DNA from: an uncultured Candidatus Saccharibacteria bacterium
GTDB taxonomy: Bacteria; Patescibacteriota; UBA1384; XYA2-FULL-43-10; 1-14-0-10-43-13
Length of the DNA: 64,000 bases
Assembly: GCA_964628585.1 (NCBI GenBank)
Contig: CAZVMH010000002.1
Location: forward strand, 97,751 to 161,750
Reading direction: 5' to 3'
Every line of letters begins with the position of its first letter. The stretch's first letter is position 1. Under the pieces are notes generated by a model. That model was not told the DNA's origin and searched no databases. It was given only the letters and a program-made list of their open reading frames with translations. Positions 20,101 through 28,836 of this stretch are shown here, piece by piece. The position numbers and the translations under genes were made by a program.

Positions 20101-20176
20101 CCTCAATCGTATCAACGGCCAATTTTTGTTTGGAGTTTAAGCGCGCGTATTCAATATCGAAAGCTTGATTGCTCAT
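17123..20176 (-). CDS. single-polypeptide UvrD/PcrA-type helicase fused to C-terminal RecB/AddB-like PD-(D/E)XK nuclease with Cys cluster
   Basis: Walker A is VVAGPGTGKTQ. UvrD motifs are present. The C-terminus has ECPQRF ... CKQKDGKCQYFNIC. Confidence 0.8.
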   Translation of the reverse strand: MSNQAFDIEYARLNSKQKLAVDTIEGPVMVVAGPGTGKTQILAMRIAQILRKTQINPSNILCLTFTNSGVQAMKQRLLSIIGPVSYQVNIHTFHSFCNEIISLFPEKFLTSKKINQISDLDQILIIQKILKNNNFTQIKPFKAPFHYQKAIMSAIGNLKQENITPDKFKKIIAEELKSFDDIEDLYHKKGAYKGKMKAKYEQQKNNLLKNQELAEIYEKYIETLIGEGKYDYSDMILFVLNAFRTDQEILSTYQEKYQYILVDEYQDTNSAQNELISQLASFYDEPNVFVVGDDEQSIFRFQGASLENILAFKKTYPATQIIVLENNYRSIQKILDASRALIQNNQNQIFNHLNIEKKLKSQLAGKTGDIELAQFSEGSIESFFVAKKIEELIKNKVSPNEIAILYKEHRDATELIDFLSKLNIPYILEIGGNILDDPEIDKIISYLKVLSFGINKIDSQTLLEVMHFPFFGISVLDIYKITVCANRERKNIFDVITSKKLLDTLELDEPKAVDEFVISLLDCRNMVENTTFAHAFEFIINRTGYLNYLLKLSESVHHLNRLQTLFDEIKKLNTRDKHFKLKDFLSYIDQLNENELSIKQRELSANYEGVHLMTAHKAKGLEFEYVFIIHATDRHWGNKVKKELIKLPQGIIQTKSSAEENDEEERRLFYVAMTRAKKHIFLTLADSYGDESNPTLAVPSKFIAETPSELITKTDTKKYENTFDERLRLTFAQKKWQPSQALSDFLQNLIKDFKLSPTSLNSYLECPQRFFYDNILRVPKTKDFTQSYGTAVHKALELLFKKFKRDFKMPTREEFIADFEDALKEEIFTSEDRKRAQLKGKEILAKYYDFYATDWQKRGVPLSCEFDFSRHEVHFNDIPITGKIDRIDMVDATANKVRIVDYKTSSPKSLNFLMGQTKEKDTRLLYQAYFYNLLSETDPLFKWKIGEIEFDFIAPERDKFKRVSVPVDPAQYAEFKKIVEETYDKIVNLEFHLEEQACKQKDGKCQYFNICHNGLNE

Positions 20177-20485
20177 TTACTTTAGTGCTTCGTTGATTTT
20201 TTCCGCTATTGCGTCTTTTGGGACAGCCCCGACGAATTTGTCAACCTCTTTCCCGTCTTTCAGTATCAAAAATGTGGGTACGCTCATCACAGAATATTTG
20301 CTTGAAATGTCAGGATTTTCATCGATGTCAATCTTTAGAAATGTTACCTTTTCCTTATATTCTGACTCGAGTTCTTCAATGATCGGAGTCATCATTTGGC
20401 AGGGTCCGCACCAAGTAGCGAAAAAATCTACCATAAAAATTTTATCCTTTTCTTCTATTTTTTTATCAAATTCTTCTTTATTCAT
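20177..20485 (-). CDS. trxA: thioredoxin
   Basis: WCGPC active site. Confidence 0.9.
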   Translation of the reverse strand: MNKEEFDKKIEEKDKIFMVDFFATWCGPCQMMTPIIEELESEYKEKVTFLKIDIDENPDISSKYSVMSVPTFLILKDGKEVDKFVGAVPKDAIAEKINEALK

Positions 20486-20496
20486 TTCTCTCCTTT

Positions 20497-20940
20497 TTAC
20501 TTACTTAATTTTTCTGCTTCTTTTTGGAACTTTTTGGCACTGGCAAAACTCTTATACACCGACAAGAATCGTAAATATGCGACTTCGTCTACTTCTTTTA
20601 ATTTATTAATAATTATATCACCTACTTGGCGAGTATGAATTAATTTGCTTTTTAGCCTTGAAAGCTCATGTTCAACATCTGAAACAATATTTTCAATTTG
20701 ATTTTCTCCAAATGGGCGCTTCTCCATAGCCAAACGAATTCCCTTAGCCATTTTATTGCGCTGATAGTCTTCAATTGTGCCGTCTCTCTTTAATATTTGT
20801 ATTTTTGGTGCTTCGATTCGCTCATAAGTAGTAAAGCGGAATTTGCAGCGCAAACACTCTCGACGGCGTCGAACAAATTTTTCCTCGCTACGCGAATCGA
20901 GGACTTCTGTTGCGGATCTTTTACATTCAGGACAAAGCAT
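20497..20940 (-). CDS. nrdR: transcriptional repressor NrdR
   Basis: N-terminal CPEC...CLRC zinc ribbon plus ATP-cone. Confidence 0.9.
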   Translation of the reverse strand: MLCPECKRSATEVLDSRSEEKFVRRRRECLRCKFRFTTYERIEAPKIQILKRDGTIEDYQRNKMAKGIRLAMEKRPFGENQIENIVSDVEHELSRLKSKLIHTRQVGDIIINKLKEVDEVAYLRFLSVYKSFASAKKFQKEAEKLSK

Positions 20941-21002
20941 ATGTTAATTAAAAGTTATTAAGTCTATTTATAGAATAGTGAATTTTAAAGTTGCGGTCAA
21001 AC

Positions 21003-21030
21003 AAAAAAGACCCGAGTGGGTCTTTTTTGA
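21003..21030 (-). terminator. bidirectional intrinsic terminator downstream of ftsZ
   Basis: aaaaaagaccc-gagt-gggtcttttttga. Confidence 0.75.
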
Positions 21031-21047
21031 TATCGTATATTTGAATG

Positions 21048-22184
21048 TTATTTCAATTTTCTTCGAATAAAGGCTGGTACTTCTAGCTCGTCTTCATCAT
21101 CTTCTTCTTTTTTTTCTTCTACAATTGGTGGCTCTTCTCTTTCGGCTCGGCGTAAAATTTGTGAAGATGGAATTTCTTTGGCTGAAGTTTCGTTTATAAT
21201 GTAATTCTTTTGTTTGGATTTGCCCTGGTCTGACTCAAAACCGGTTGCAATAACGGTTATTTTCACTTCCCCCGCCATTGCTTCATCGATAATGGCGCCG
21301 AAGATAATGTTAGCGTCTGCATCAGCCGCTTCTGTTATTGCTTTAGCAGCTTCATCGATCTCATACATTCCAAGGTCTGGTCCACCAGTAATATTAAAGA
21401 GAATACCTTTTGCACCGTCGATTGAAAGTTCAAGTAATGGTGAATCGATGGCTGCTCTGGCTGCCTCAATCGCTCTGTTGTCTCCTGTGCCATGTCCAAT
21501 ACCCATGAGAGCCGATCCAGCATCTGCCATAATTGCCTTAACATCAGCAAAGTCAACATTAATAATGCCGTGGTAAACAATCAAATCCGCAATACCCTGA
21601 ACACCCTGACGAAGAACATCATCAACTACGCCAAAGGCGTCGAATAATGAAGTTTTTTTGTCTATAACTTGAAGTAACCTATCGTTTGGAATTGTGATCA
21701 AAGTGTCTACTCTGTCTTTCATTTCGGCGATACCGAGTTCAGCAATCTTCTTGCGTCTTTGACCTTCAAAAGCAAAAGGCTTGGTTACAACACCAACTGT
21801 GAGAGCACCGAGTTCTTTTGCAATTTCTGCCACGAATGGAGCAGCACCAGTTCCAGTCCCACCACCCATTCCACAGGTAACAAAAACCATATCCGAGCCT
21901 TTTAGAGCTTCATATACTTCTTCTTTATTTTCTTCAATTGATTTTCGTCCAATCTCAGGGTCTGCACCAGCTCCTAGACCACGAGTAGTATCTTTACCTA
22001 TCTGTATTTTTGTTGGGGCTTCATTAAATGAGAGTGCTTGAGCGTCTGTGTTAATGGCAATAAAATCAACCCCGCGCAATTTAGAGTTGATCATTCGAGT
22101 AATAGTGCTTCCACCAGAACCACCGACACCAACAGCTCTAATTACAGCGAAGTTATCTAGCTCTGACCCTTTTTTTTCTACCAT
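21048..22184 (-). CDS. ftsZ: cell division GTPase FtsZ
   Basis: Tubulin signature GGGTGTG. Confidence 0.95.
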   Translation of the reverse strand: MVEKKGSELDNFAVIRAVGVGGSGGSTITRMINSKLRGVDFIAINTDAQALSFNEAPTKIQIGKDTTRGLGAGADPEIGRKSIEENKEEVYEALKGSDMVFVTCGMGGGTGTGAAPFVAEIAKELGALTVGVVTKPFAFEGQRRKKIAELGIAEMKDRVDTLITIPNDRLLQVIDKKTSLFDAFGVVDDVLRQGVQGIADLIVYHGIINVDFADVKAIMADAGSALMGIGHGTGDNRAIEAARAAIDSPLLELSIDGAKGILFNITGGPDLGMYEIDEAAKAITEAADADANIIFGAIIDEAMAGEVKITVIATGFESDQGKSKQKNYIINETSAKEIPSSQILRRAEREEPPIVEEKKEEDDEDELEVPAFIRRKLK

Positions 22185-22238
22185 TGTTTCAGTCTCTATT
22201 AATATTTAGCCCTCTAGGGTGCCATAATTGGCACTTGA

Positions 22239-23474
22239 TTAGGGCATGAAATTCTTGATTGCGGATTTAATTTTTCCGAATAATCCTGTCATTCCAGGTA
22301 CACCAAAATCTATGGAATTCCCTCCTCCAATTTTGTCTTTTCCCCATATCATTAATCCTATGCTTGTAGAGTATACTGGATCATCAATTTTGTCAACAAG
22401 TCCGGAAATTTCCATAACTGGTTTGCCAACTTGAGCGGGCAGACACATGGTTGATTTTGCTAATTCCACCACTCCGTCTATCTTAGCTCCGCCTCCAGTG
22501 AGCACAATTCCAGCTGGCAAGGTGCCGTCTCGGTCAATTTCGCGTAAACTATCTTTTATCATCAAAAATATTTCATTTAAACGGGCTTCAATTATTTCCG
22601 CAACATATTTGATCGAAGCAGTTCCCTCTTCGTTTTTATCGAGTTTATTTAATTGAATTTCTTCCTTCTCTGCTACTTTATCTGGAACGGCGTAACCGTA
22701 TTTTAGCTTAATTGAATCGGCAATTTCAATATTTGTCCTAAGTCCAATAGCAATATCATTTGTAATATGGGTTGAACCAATTGGTATGACACCAGAACTA
22801 ATCAAATCCCCTTCTTCGTAAACAGCAAATGTTGTAGTCGAGGCACCTATATCTACCAAAATTACGCCGATATCCATTTGTCTTTTTGAGAGCAGAACCT
22901 TGGCTGTGGCGAGAGGAGAAAAAACTAATTCTACAATCGAAAGACCAGACTGCTCAACCGCTCTTGCCAAACTTTTTACGGCATTGGTCGATGAAGAAAT
23001 AACGCTAGCGTTTGCTTCAAGTCTAATACCGTTCATACCAGCAGGATCTTTTATTTCGTCTTGTCCGTCTATAACATAGGTTTGCGGAATAACATGAAGT
23101 ACTTCTCTATTTGGTTTATTTGGAGTAATCTTCGCTGCTTCCAGTGCGCGAGCCGCGTCTGTTTCTGTTATTTCACCATCAGTTCTGGCAACTGCAACTA
23201 CACCTTTTGTTGCTTCTGATTCAATATGGCGCCCTGAAATCCCTACGATTGCTCCTTGAATCGGAACACCAGCCATTCTCTCGGCCTCTTCTAAAGATGC
23301 CGATATAGCCGAAACGGTCTCTTCAATATCAACAATTACACCCTTTCTAATGCCCTGGTTAATTGAAGTTCCAAGCCCAATAATATCAATAGCACCGTTT
23401 TCAAATTTACCAACAGTGGTAATAACTTTGGTGCTTCCAATATCGAGACCGACCGAGATTGTATTTTGTGCCAC
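22239..23474 (-). CDS. ftsA: cell division protein FtsA
   Basis: Actin-like fold starting VGLDIGSTKV. Immediately upstream of ftsZ. Confidence 0.9.
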   Translation of the reverse strand: MAQNTISVGLDIGSTKVITTVGKFENGAIDIIGLGTSINQGIRKGVIVDIEETVSAISASLEEAERMAGVPIQGAIVGISGRHIESEATKGVVAVARTDGEITETDAARALEAAKITPNKPNREVLHVIPQTYVIDGQDEIKDPAGMNGIRLEANASVISSSTNAVKSLARAVEQSGLSIVELVFSPLATAKVLLSKRQMDIGVILVDIGASTTTFAVYEEGDLISSGVIPIGSTHITNDIAIGLRTNIEIADSIKLKYGYAVPDKVAEKEEIQLNKLDKNEEGTASIKYVAEIIEARLNEIFLMIKDSLREIDRDGTLPAGIVLTGGGAKIDGVVELAKSTMCLPAQVGKPVMEISGLVDKIDDPVYSTSIGLMIWGKDKIGGGNSIDFGVPGMTGLFGKIKSAIKNFMP

Positions 23475-23560
23475 TTCTATCCCTCCAAAATTTCGATTAC
23501 AAAAGAAAAATAACCTTTATCTAAGTTTATATGAAAACTACCTTAATATCAATCAAAGTA

Positions 23561-23938
23561 TCAGAACAAATTCCTGATATGTGGAAGAAATACTAATACA
23601 AAAACTACTGCAGCAATGATGGCAGCAATAAAAACAGCACCGGCCATAGCATCTTTTACAACTCGGATTGTGCTGTGCTTTTGCGGATGCAATAGGTCAA
23701 AAGTTTTTTCTATGGCAGTGTTTATAATCTCAATAGCAAAAACTAATATCACTGCCATAAATAAGACAGCGGCTTCTAGCCTGGAAACGCGGAGTAAGTA
23801 GGCAATAATACCTACACCTATGGAAATTAATGCATGGACACGAGCGTTTTGTTCATTAAGTATCAGATACCATACACCGTTAAAAGCGTATTTAAAACTA
23901 CGAAAGAATTTCTTGTAATTAAATTTCGTGTAAGTCAT
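23561..23938 (-). CDS. dgkA: diacylglycerol/undecaprenol kinase DgkA family
   Basis: Three TM helices. EIINTAIE motif. Confidence 0.75.
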   Translation of the reverse strand: MTYTKFNYKKFFRSFKYAFNGVWYLILNEQNARVHALISIGVGIIAYLLRVSRLEAAVLFMAVILVFAIEIINTAIEKTFDLLHPQKHSTIRVVKDAMAGAVFIAAIIAAVVFVLVFLPHIRNLF

Positions 23939-23950
23939 TATGCCTCAATA

Positions 23951-24340
23951 TTATAAGTTGCAATCAATTTTTTTTGCCGATTCATCCCAATCCTCTTCAT
24001 TGTTCTCATGATCAAATCCGACGAGATGAAGAAGGCCATGCTTTAACACGTCAGAAATTATTTCATCTTTTTCGGCAACAACAGCAGGGCAAATTACAAT
24101 ACTACCTAAAATATTCTCGCTTCCTGGTACCTGTTGTTGTGGAAAGGACAAAACATCGGTGGGCCGATCGATAGAGCGAAATTTTTTATTCAATTCAGCA
24201 ATTTCTGTTTTATCCACAAATAGTATCTCAACTTCTCCTTTGAAGGTCAAATCGAGTTTCTCCGAAGCGCCTAAAATCATTTTCTCGACCACTTCTTTTT
24301 CAATTGGAGCCTTAATTTTTTCAACTATATTTATTTTCAT
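23951..24340 (-). CDS. ybeY: rRNA maturation endoribonuclease YbeY
   Basis: HGLLHLVGFDHE motif. Confidence 0.85.
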   Translation of the reverse strand: MKINIVEKIKAPIEKEVVEKMILGASEKLDLTFKGEVEILFVDKTEIAELNKKFRSIDRPTDVLSFPQQQVPGSENILGSIVICPAVVAEKDEIISDVLKHGLLHLVGFDHENNEEDWDESAKKIDCNL

Positions 24341-25248
24341 TTATATTCTAGCCGTTGGTGATAAATTGAAAGTAATGTTTCTTCAAGCGAATTTGAAATT
24401 TTTTTAATTTCTTCGTTAGAGAATCCTACTTGTTTAAATTGCTTATCTTCAATGCGCTCATCGATTGTTTTCTTAACAATATTCTTTATGTCATTATTAG
24501 TTAGAAGAGGATTGGACCGAGCTATTGCTTCAACACAGTCAGATAGCATTAATATTGCAGATTCTTTTGACCTGGGTGTTGGCCCAGCATATCTAAAATC
24601 GGTTTTTTTAATTTTTAAACCTTTTTCTTTTGCTAATTGGTAAAAATATATTGCACGCGTTGTGCCATGATGTTCGCGAATTAGGTCTACAATATTACTT
24701 GGTAAATTGGCGTTTGTGGCCATTTTTACACCGTCTTCAACATGAGCAATAATTTTTTTAGCATTATCACGAATGGAATCGGCCTCCAATTCTGTTGGGA
24801 CCTCAGAACCAGATTGATTTTCTACGAATGAAAGTGGGTTCGTCAATTTGCCTAAATCATGATAGTAGGCAGCAGTTCTTATTAAAAGAGTGTCTGCTCC
24901 AACGGCTCTAGCGACATTTTGAGCTAACGTTGAAACATTTAAGGAGTGATGATATGTCCCCGGAGCTTCACTTGATAATTTTAATAAAAGCGGATTGGAG
25001 AGACTTTCCACTCGCAACATTCGTTTTAAAGTTGCCATTGCTTCTCCCACAACGGGCGCAAATAAGAAAATTCCCCCCGAAAGAATTGAAGCTGCTACAA
25101 GCGCGAAGACTAAGTTTAGTAGAGCTACTTCCCAAATACTAAAATCAACTAAATAATAAATATAATCTTCAATGGAAAAAAGAATAAAAATTATCAGGGC
25201 AATACCAGCTGTCAATGAAGCAGTATATTTTATAGTATATTTACGCAT
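24337..25248 (-). CDS. membrane-anchored HD-domain phosphohydrolase (YqfF/PgpH-like)
   Basis: N-terminal TM helices. HD motif HHSLNV...AAYYHDLGK. Firmicutes-like synteny of HD-ybeY-dgkA. Confidence 0.7.
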   Translation of the reverse strand: MRKYTIKYTASLTAGIALIIFILFSIEDYIYYLVDFSIWEVALLNLVFALVAASILSGGIFLFAPVVGEAMATLKRMLRVESLSNPLLLKLSSEAPGTYHHSLNVSTLAQNVARAVGADTLLIRTAAYYHDLGKLTNPLSFVENQSGSEVPTELEADSIRDNAKKIIAHVEDGVKMATNANLPSNIVDLIREHHGTTRAIYFYQLAKEKGLKIKKTDFRYAGPTPRSKESAILMLSDCVEAIARSNPLLTNNDIKNIVKKTIDERIEDKQFKQVGFSNEEIKKISNSLEETLLSIYHQRLEYK

Positions 25249-25269
25249 AAAACAAAGAGTCGTCGGTTA

Positions 25270-25710
25270 TTAATTCAATTCTTCTGCTACGATACGAGAA
25301 ACGGTTTTCCCATCAATTTCGCTGCCGTGATCCTTCATGATTAAGCCGATTGCCTGTCCCATTTTGCTTTTATCTGTAATTGAGTTATCTAACAATACTT
25401 TTTTAACAACCTCACGAGTAGCTGATTCATCTAGCTGTTTTGGTAAATATGCCTCGATAATTTTGATCTCTTTTTGTTCCTGTTCTTTTTTTTCTGCTTC
25501 TCCTGCTTTTTCGTATGTTTCGCCTGCCTCCACTCGCTGTTTAACCTCTTTTTTCAAGATGGTAATTACTTCATCATCAGAAAGCTTATCTTTTTTGGCG
25601 ATTTCAGCATTTTGCAGGCCACTTTTAATCATACGCAAAACAGACACTTTTTCCTCGTCATGTGCTTTATAGCTCTCTAAATAGTCCTTATCAATCTGAT
25701 CTTTGAGCAT
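25270..25710 (-). CDS. GatB/YqeY domain protein
   Basis: YqeY-like sequence. Adjacent to rpsU, as in Firmicutes. Confidence 0.75.
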   Translation of the reverse strand: MLKDQIDKDYLESYKAHDEEKVSVLRMIKSGLQNAEIAKKDKLSDDEVITILKKEVKQRVEAGETYEKAGEAEKKEQEQKEIKIIEAYLPKQLDESATREVVKKVLLDNSITDKSKMGQAIGLIMKDHGSEIDGKTVSRIVAEELN

Positions 25711-25730
25711 AAACCTCCTTCACAAATGGT

Positions 25731-25925
25731 TTAATATCCGCGTTTAAGTTTGCGAATCATGTTGCGACGAACGGCAGAGCGTCTTCGCATAGAACGGTTT
25801 TGGTCTTTTTCAAAATATCTTTTAGTTTTAGCAACAGTCAAAATACCGCTTTGTTGAACCTCTCGGTTAAAACGGCGTAGCAGTACATCAAATTTTTCTT
25901 CACCTTTTCTTTTGATCTCGATCAA
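25731..25925 (-). CDS. rpsU: 30S ribosomal protein S21 (TTG start)
   Basis: KFDVLLRRFNRE...RRRSAVRRNMIRKLKRGY. The track ATG at 25949 lies inside the Shine-Dalgarno AAGGTGGTGA. TTG sits 5 nt downstream of the SD at 25925. Confidence 0.75.
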   Translation of the reverse strand: MIEIKRKGEEKFDVLLRRFNREVQQSGILTVAKTKRYFEKDQNRSMRRRSAVRRNMIRKLKRGY

Positions 25926-26035
25926 GTAAATCACCACCTTCCGGAACATCGCATAGAAGCGAATTGCTTATTGTTTACTCTATATTTATAACAAAAAAAC
26001 ACTAACTTGGCAAGGAGAAGTTATCAAACAAATAT

Positions 26036-26524
26036 TTATCCAGAGATTAAAAATCTAAAAGCGTCTTTTAGAGTAATATTTCTGCGAGATCGTCTTCTAA
26101 TTCGTCTTTTGGGCTTATCAATAATGGTAGGCCAAACCTCTTTAAGCCATTTTTTCTGATTTTTGAGCTGTTTTTCAAATCCTCTTTCTTTTAACTCACT
26201 ATCTACCACTCCACCACTATGCGGATGCTTTGAAGCTTGTGGATGTGGCGAGGAGAAACCGTGAGCGTAATGGCAGAGCTCATGGGCAATTGTTAGGTCT
26301 ATTATATATTCTGGCACGCGCTCGTCTTTAAAATAACCGGTTAAGGTAATTACTGAGTCATTATCGTTTTTCTGCTTATAACTGTGAAGCTGCTTAATCG
26401 AGCCCAATCGAGCCCGTGCCTTTTTGCCAAACTTAATCGTGACGTTATTAATTCTATCAACATCAGAAAAATACTCTCTCCAGATGATATCCAATTTTTC
26501 TTCAAGCCATTCATTGTTTCTCAT
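26036..26524 (-). CDS. putative zinc metallopeptidase, SprT/YgjP (DUF45)-like
   Basis: HELCHYAH (HExxH) motif. Basic C-terminal tail. Confidence 0.45.
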   Translation of the reverse strand: MRNNEWLEEKLDIIWREYFSDVDRINNVTIKFGKKARARLGSIKQLHSYKQKNDNDSVITLTGYFKDERVPEYIIDLTIAHELCHYAHGFSSPHPQASKHPHSGGVVDSELKERGFEKQLKNQKKWLKEVWPTIIDKPKRRIRRRSRRNITLKDAFRFLISG

Positions 26525-26564
26525 AAAACTATGATAGCTGGTGCGAAGTTTGTTCGCAAATTTT

Positions 26565-26597
26565 TTCTAAAACAAAAGGGCCCTTGCCAGGGGCCCC
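26565..26597 (-). terminator. GC-rich intrinsic terminator for the GC-rich PlsY-fusion gene
   Basis: A GGGCCC-ttgccag-GGGCCC hairpin with a T-run on the minus strand. A second hairpin, gtcgaagg-attagt-cctttcgac, lies at 26608..26632. Confidence 0.6.
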
Positions 26598-26638
26598 ACG
26601 GAACTTTTGTCGAAGGATTAGTCCTTTCGACGGGCATG

Positions 26639-28558
26639 TTACTCCGCGTCAGCTTCTCCTTGATAAAGCTGCTGTTCGTTGTGTTTTCTGGCGACGACCT
26701 CAAAACCGAATCTCTTGCAAGCTTCGGTATAGAAGTCAACGTCATCTTCTGTGACGTCTGCTGCCAGCGAGGCGTGCTCGTAGGCCTGAGTCAGGGCGAG
26801 GATTATTGCTTCCACCAGACATGCTGGGAAAAGCGGAACGCCCTGATCCTGCCCAAAGTGGAAATCAATCGGACAGGAGATGTTACCAGGCAGTTTCATA
26901 AGCCCGCAACGAATCAGCGTGACATCTGGCCGAAGTTCCAGAATCTTATCCGCAACGTCTGGCGGATACGCCACATCGAGAAGATAACAACCCTCTTTCA
27001 AGAGATGGCAGTTTTCTGCTGTGATCAGAGGCTCAGGTGAGCTAGTACAACAGAAAACGATGTCGGCAAGTGAAAGTGCACTCAAGTCGTCGCTCGAGAG
27101 GACGGTGCCGATATTGATCTGTCGGTCCGATCTCGATGAGTTGCCTCTTAGGAAAGCGATCGACTCCTTGGTCTCTCTGGCCACGGTGTCATAGAGACGA
27201 TGTCCAATCAGACCTCGAGCACCAAGAGCTGCCATGACCAGATCTGAAAGTTGTCGGTCTCCTAGCACTTTCTTTAGGGCAATCAGAGTAGCGCTAACGG
27301 TATTAGCAGCACCGTTGTCTATCTGAATGGTCAGACCTCTCTTCTTGCACCAGAGATCGAGGTCCTTGCCTCCTCTGGCTTCAGATGAGAGCAAACCACC
27401 TAGACCCAACACAGTCGCACCGAGTCGTTGAGCCAAAACAGCAGCAGCTTTGAGAAGCGCATAGAGTAATCTGTTGTGGGACGATTTCTTGAGCTTCTCT
27501 TGAGCTTGAGAAATGCGACGAAGAACGTGCTCCATTCCTTGATTGCCTTTCGTTATGGCAGTAATGACCTTGTCGCATCCTCGAACCAAAATCGCTGCAG
27601 TCTCGAGAAGAGCGTAAAGCGACTTGTTGTATGACACCTCTTTGATCATCTCTGGTATCTGGATGATGCCCAGAAGAATAACCCGCACCTTCCTGCCATC
27701 TTTGGTCACGATGCCAGTGATCTCACCGCACTCCATGACAGGACAAAGCCGAAGAAGCATTCGCACGAAGCGTTCGCTAATCTTCTTGCCCTCTAGCGCT
27801 TTGATCACAAGCTTGCCACCAGGCAGCTGCTTCAAGTCGTTCAAGTCTCTATTGTGCATTGCGAAGGCGGCTACTACTTCATCGCCAACATTGTGCACTC
27901 CACGCTTCTCTGAAAACTTCGGCTCGGTACCATTTCGGAGACGAACAACGTTTCTTGCATGCATTCTGATGACTGCGATAGGCACAGCCAGAAAGACTCC
28001 TAGTATTGCAGGACTGGCTTGGAAGATATAGGCAAAAACTGGCGTGCTCAACGCCGCCAACATTGAGGCCATAGACATATAGCCGGTAGAAAAGAGCACT
28101 ACCAGCCAAATGCCAAATGCACTTAGCGCCACTTTGTAGTTAAGAGCGAGTGCTCCACCACAGAGTGTTGCTACCATCTTACCTCCGCTGAACATACCTT
28201 CGGCAAGAAAGAAGTAAAATGAAAAGCCATGACCAATTCCGGCCGCGATCATGCAGAAAGCAGCGGGGATCTCCCCGATATACATTTTGCAGATCATAGT
28301 CGGAACGAATCCTTTGGCAAGATCTAGTAGCAGAACGGGAATTCCCACTTTCCATCCCAGAACTGCTTTCACGTTGGTGAAGCCAATGTTACCGCTTCCC
28401 CAGTCTCTGATGTCAAAGTGCTTCCCCTTGAATACCTTTGCCAGCCAATACCCGAAGGGCATCGAACCGCACAGGTATGAGAGGACAATAAATCCGATCC
28501 ATATAAGCATACGACCTCCTTTTTCCCCGTCTGTTTGCTTCGGCGTGAAGTATAACAA
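26639..28558 (-). CDS. plsY: fusion protein: N-terminal PlsY (acyl-phosphate:glycerol-3-phosphate acyltransferase) plus C-terminal acyl-ACP-reductase-like Rossmann domain
   Basis: The N-terminal PlsY has GSGNIGFTNV and is multi-TM. The C-terminal GLIGHRLYD, ADIVFCCTSSPEPLITAENCHLLKEGCYLLDVAYPP and CPIDFHFGQDQG...ACLVEAIIL resemble the cyanobacterial acyl-ACP reductase family, from memory. The gene is markedly GC-rich relative to its flanks. Confidence 0.65.
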   Translation of the reverse strand: MLYFTPKQTDGEKGGRMLIWIGFIVLSYLCGSMPFGYWLAKVFKGKHFDIRDWGSGNIGFTNVKAVLGWKVGIPVLLLDLAKGFVPTMICKMYIGEIPAAFCMIAAGIGHGFSFYFFLAEGMFSGGKMVATLCGGALALNYKVALSAFGIWLVVLFSTGYMSMASMLAALSTPVFAYIFQASPAILGVFLAVPIAVIRMHARNVVRLRNGTEPKFSEKRGVHNVGDEVVAAFAMHNRDLNDLKQLPGGKLVIKALEGKKISERFVRMLLRLCPVMECGEITGIVTKDGRKVRVILLGIIQIPEMIKEVSYNKSLYALLETAAILVRGCDKVITAITKGNQGMEHVLRRISQAQEKLKKSSHNRLLYALLKAAAVLAQRLGATVLGLGGLLSSEARGGKDLDLWCKKRGLTIQIDNGAANTVSATLIALKKVLGDRQLSDLVMAALGARGLIGHRLYDTVARETKESIAFLRGNSSRSDRQINIGTVLSSDDLSALSLADIVFCCTSSPEPLITAENCHLLKEGCYLLDVAYPPDVADKILELRPDVTLIRCGLMKLPGNISCPIDFHFGQDQGVPLFPACLVEAIILALTQAYEHASLAADVTEDDVDFYTEACKRFGFEVVARKHNEQQLYQGEADAE

Positions 28559-28615
28559 TATTTAATATTATTGGCAAATAAATTCGAGGTCTTTTATTAA
28601 AAAACCCTCCCCCCC

Positions 28616-28643
28616 TTGACATCTGTGCCCCATGCTGTATAAT
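28616..28643 (+). promoter_or_regulatory. consensus sigma-70 promoter TTGACA-N16-TATAAT (P1)
   Basis: TTGACA at 28616..28621 and TATAAT at 28638..28643, preceded by an A-rich tract. Confidence 0.6.
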
Positions 28644-28685
28644 CCCATATTGTTGTTGCAAATTATGCCTCTGAGCTCAATGGTA

Positions 28686-28714
28686 TTGACAAATAAGCTC
28701 AAGTGTGCTATAAT
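28686..28714 (+). promoter_or_regulatory. consensus sigma-70 promoter TTGACA-N17-TATAAT (P2)
   Basis: TTGACA at 28686..28691 and TATAAT at 28709..28714. Confidence 0.6.
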
Positions 28715-28724
28715 TACAACATAT

Positions 28725-28752
28725 TCTGGAGAATGGGTCCAGAATTTTTTAA
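28725..28752 (+). terminator. hairpin plus U-run immediately downstream of P2, a possible attenuator
   Basis: tctgga-gaatggg-tccaga followed by attttttaa. It begins about 4 nt after the predicted P2 start site. Confidence 0.45.
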
Positions 28753-28836
28753 TTAATACGAGTGCTTGGTACAAGGCTAGAAATCGATTCGATTTCACTA
28801 CTCTGAATACACACGCCGAATATCCAAGCTTCAATC

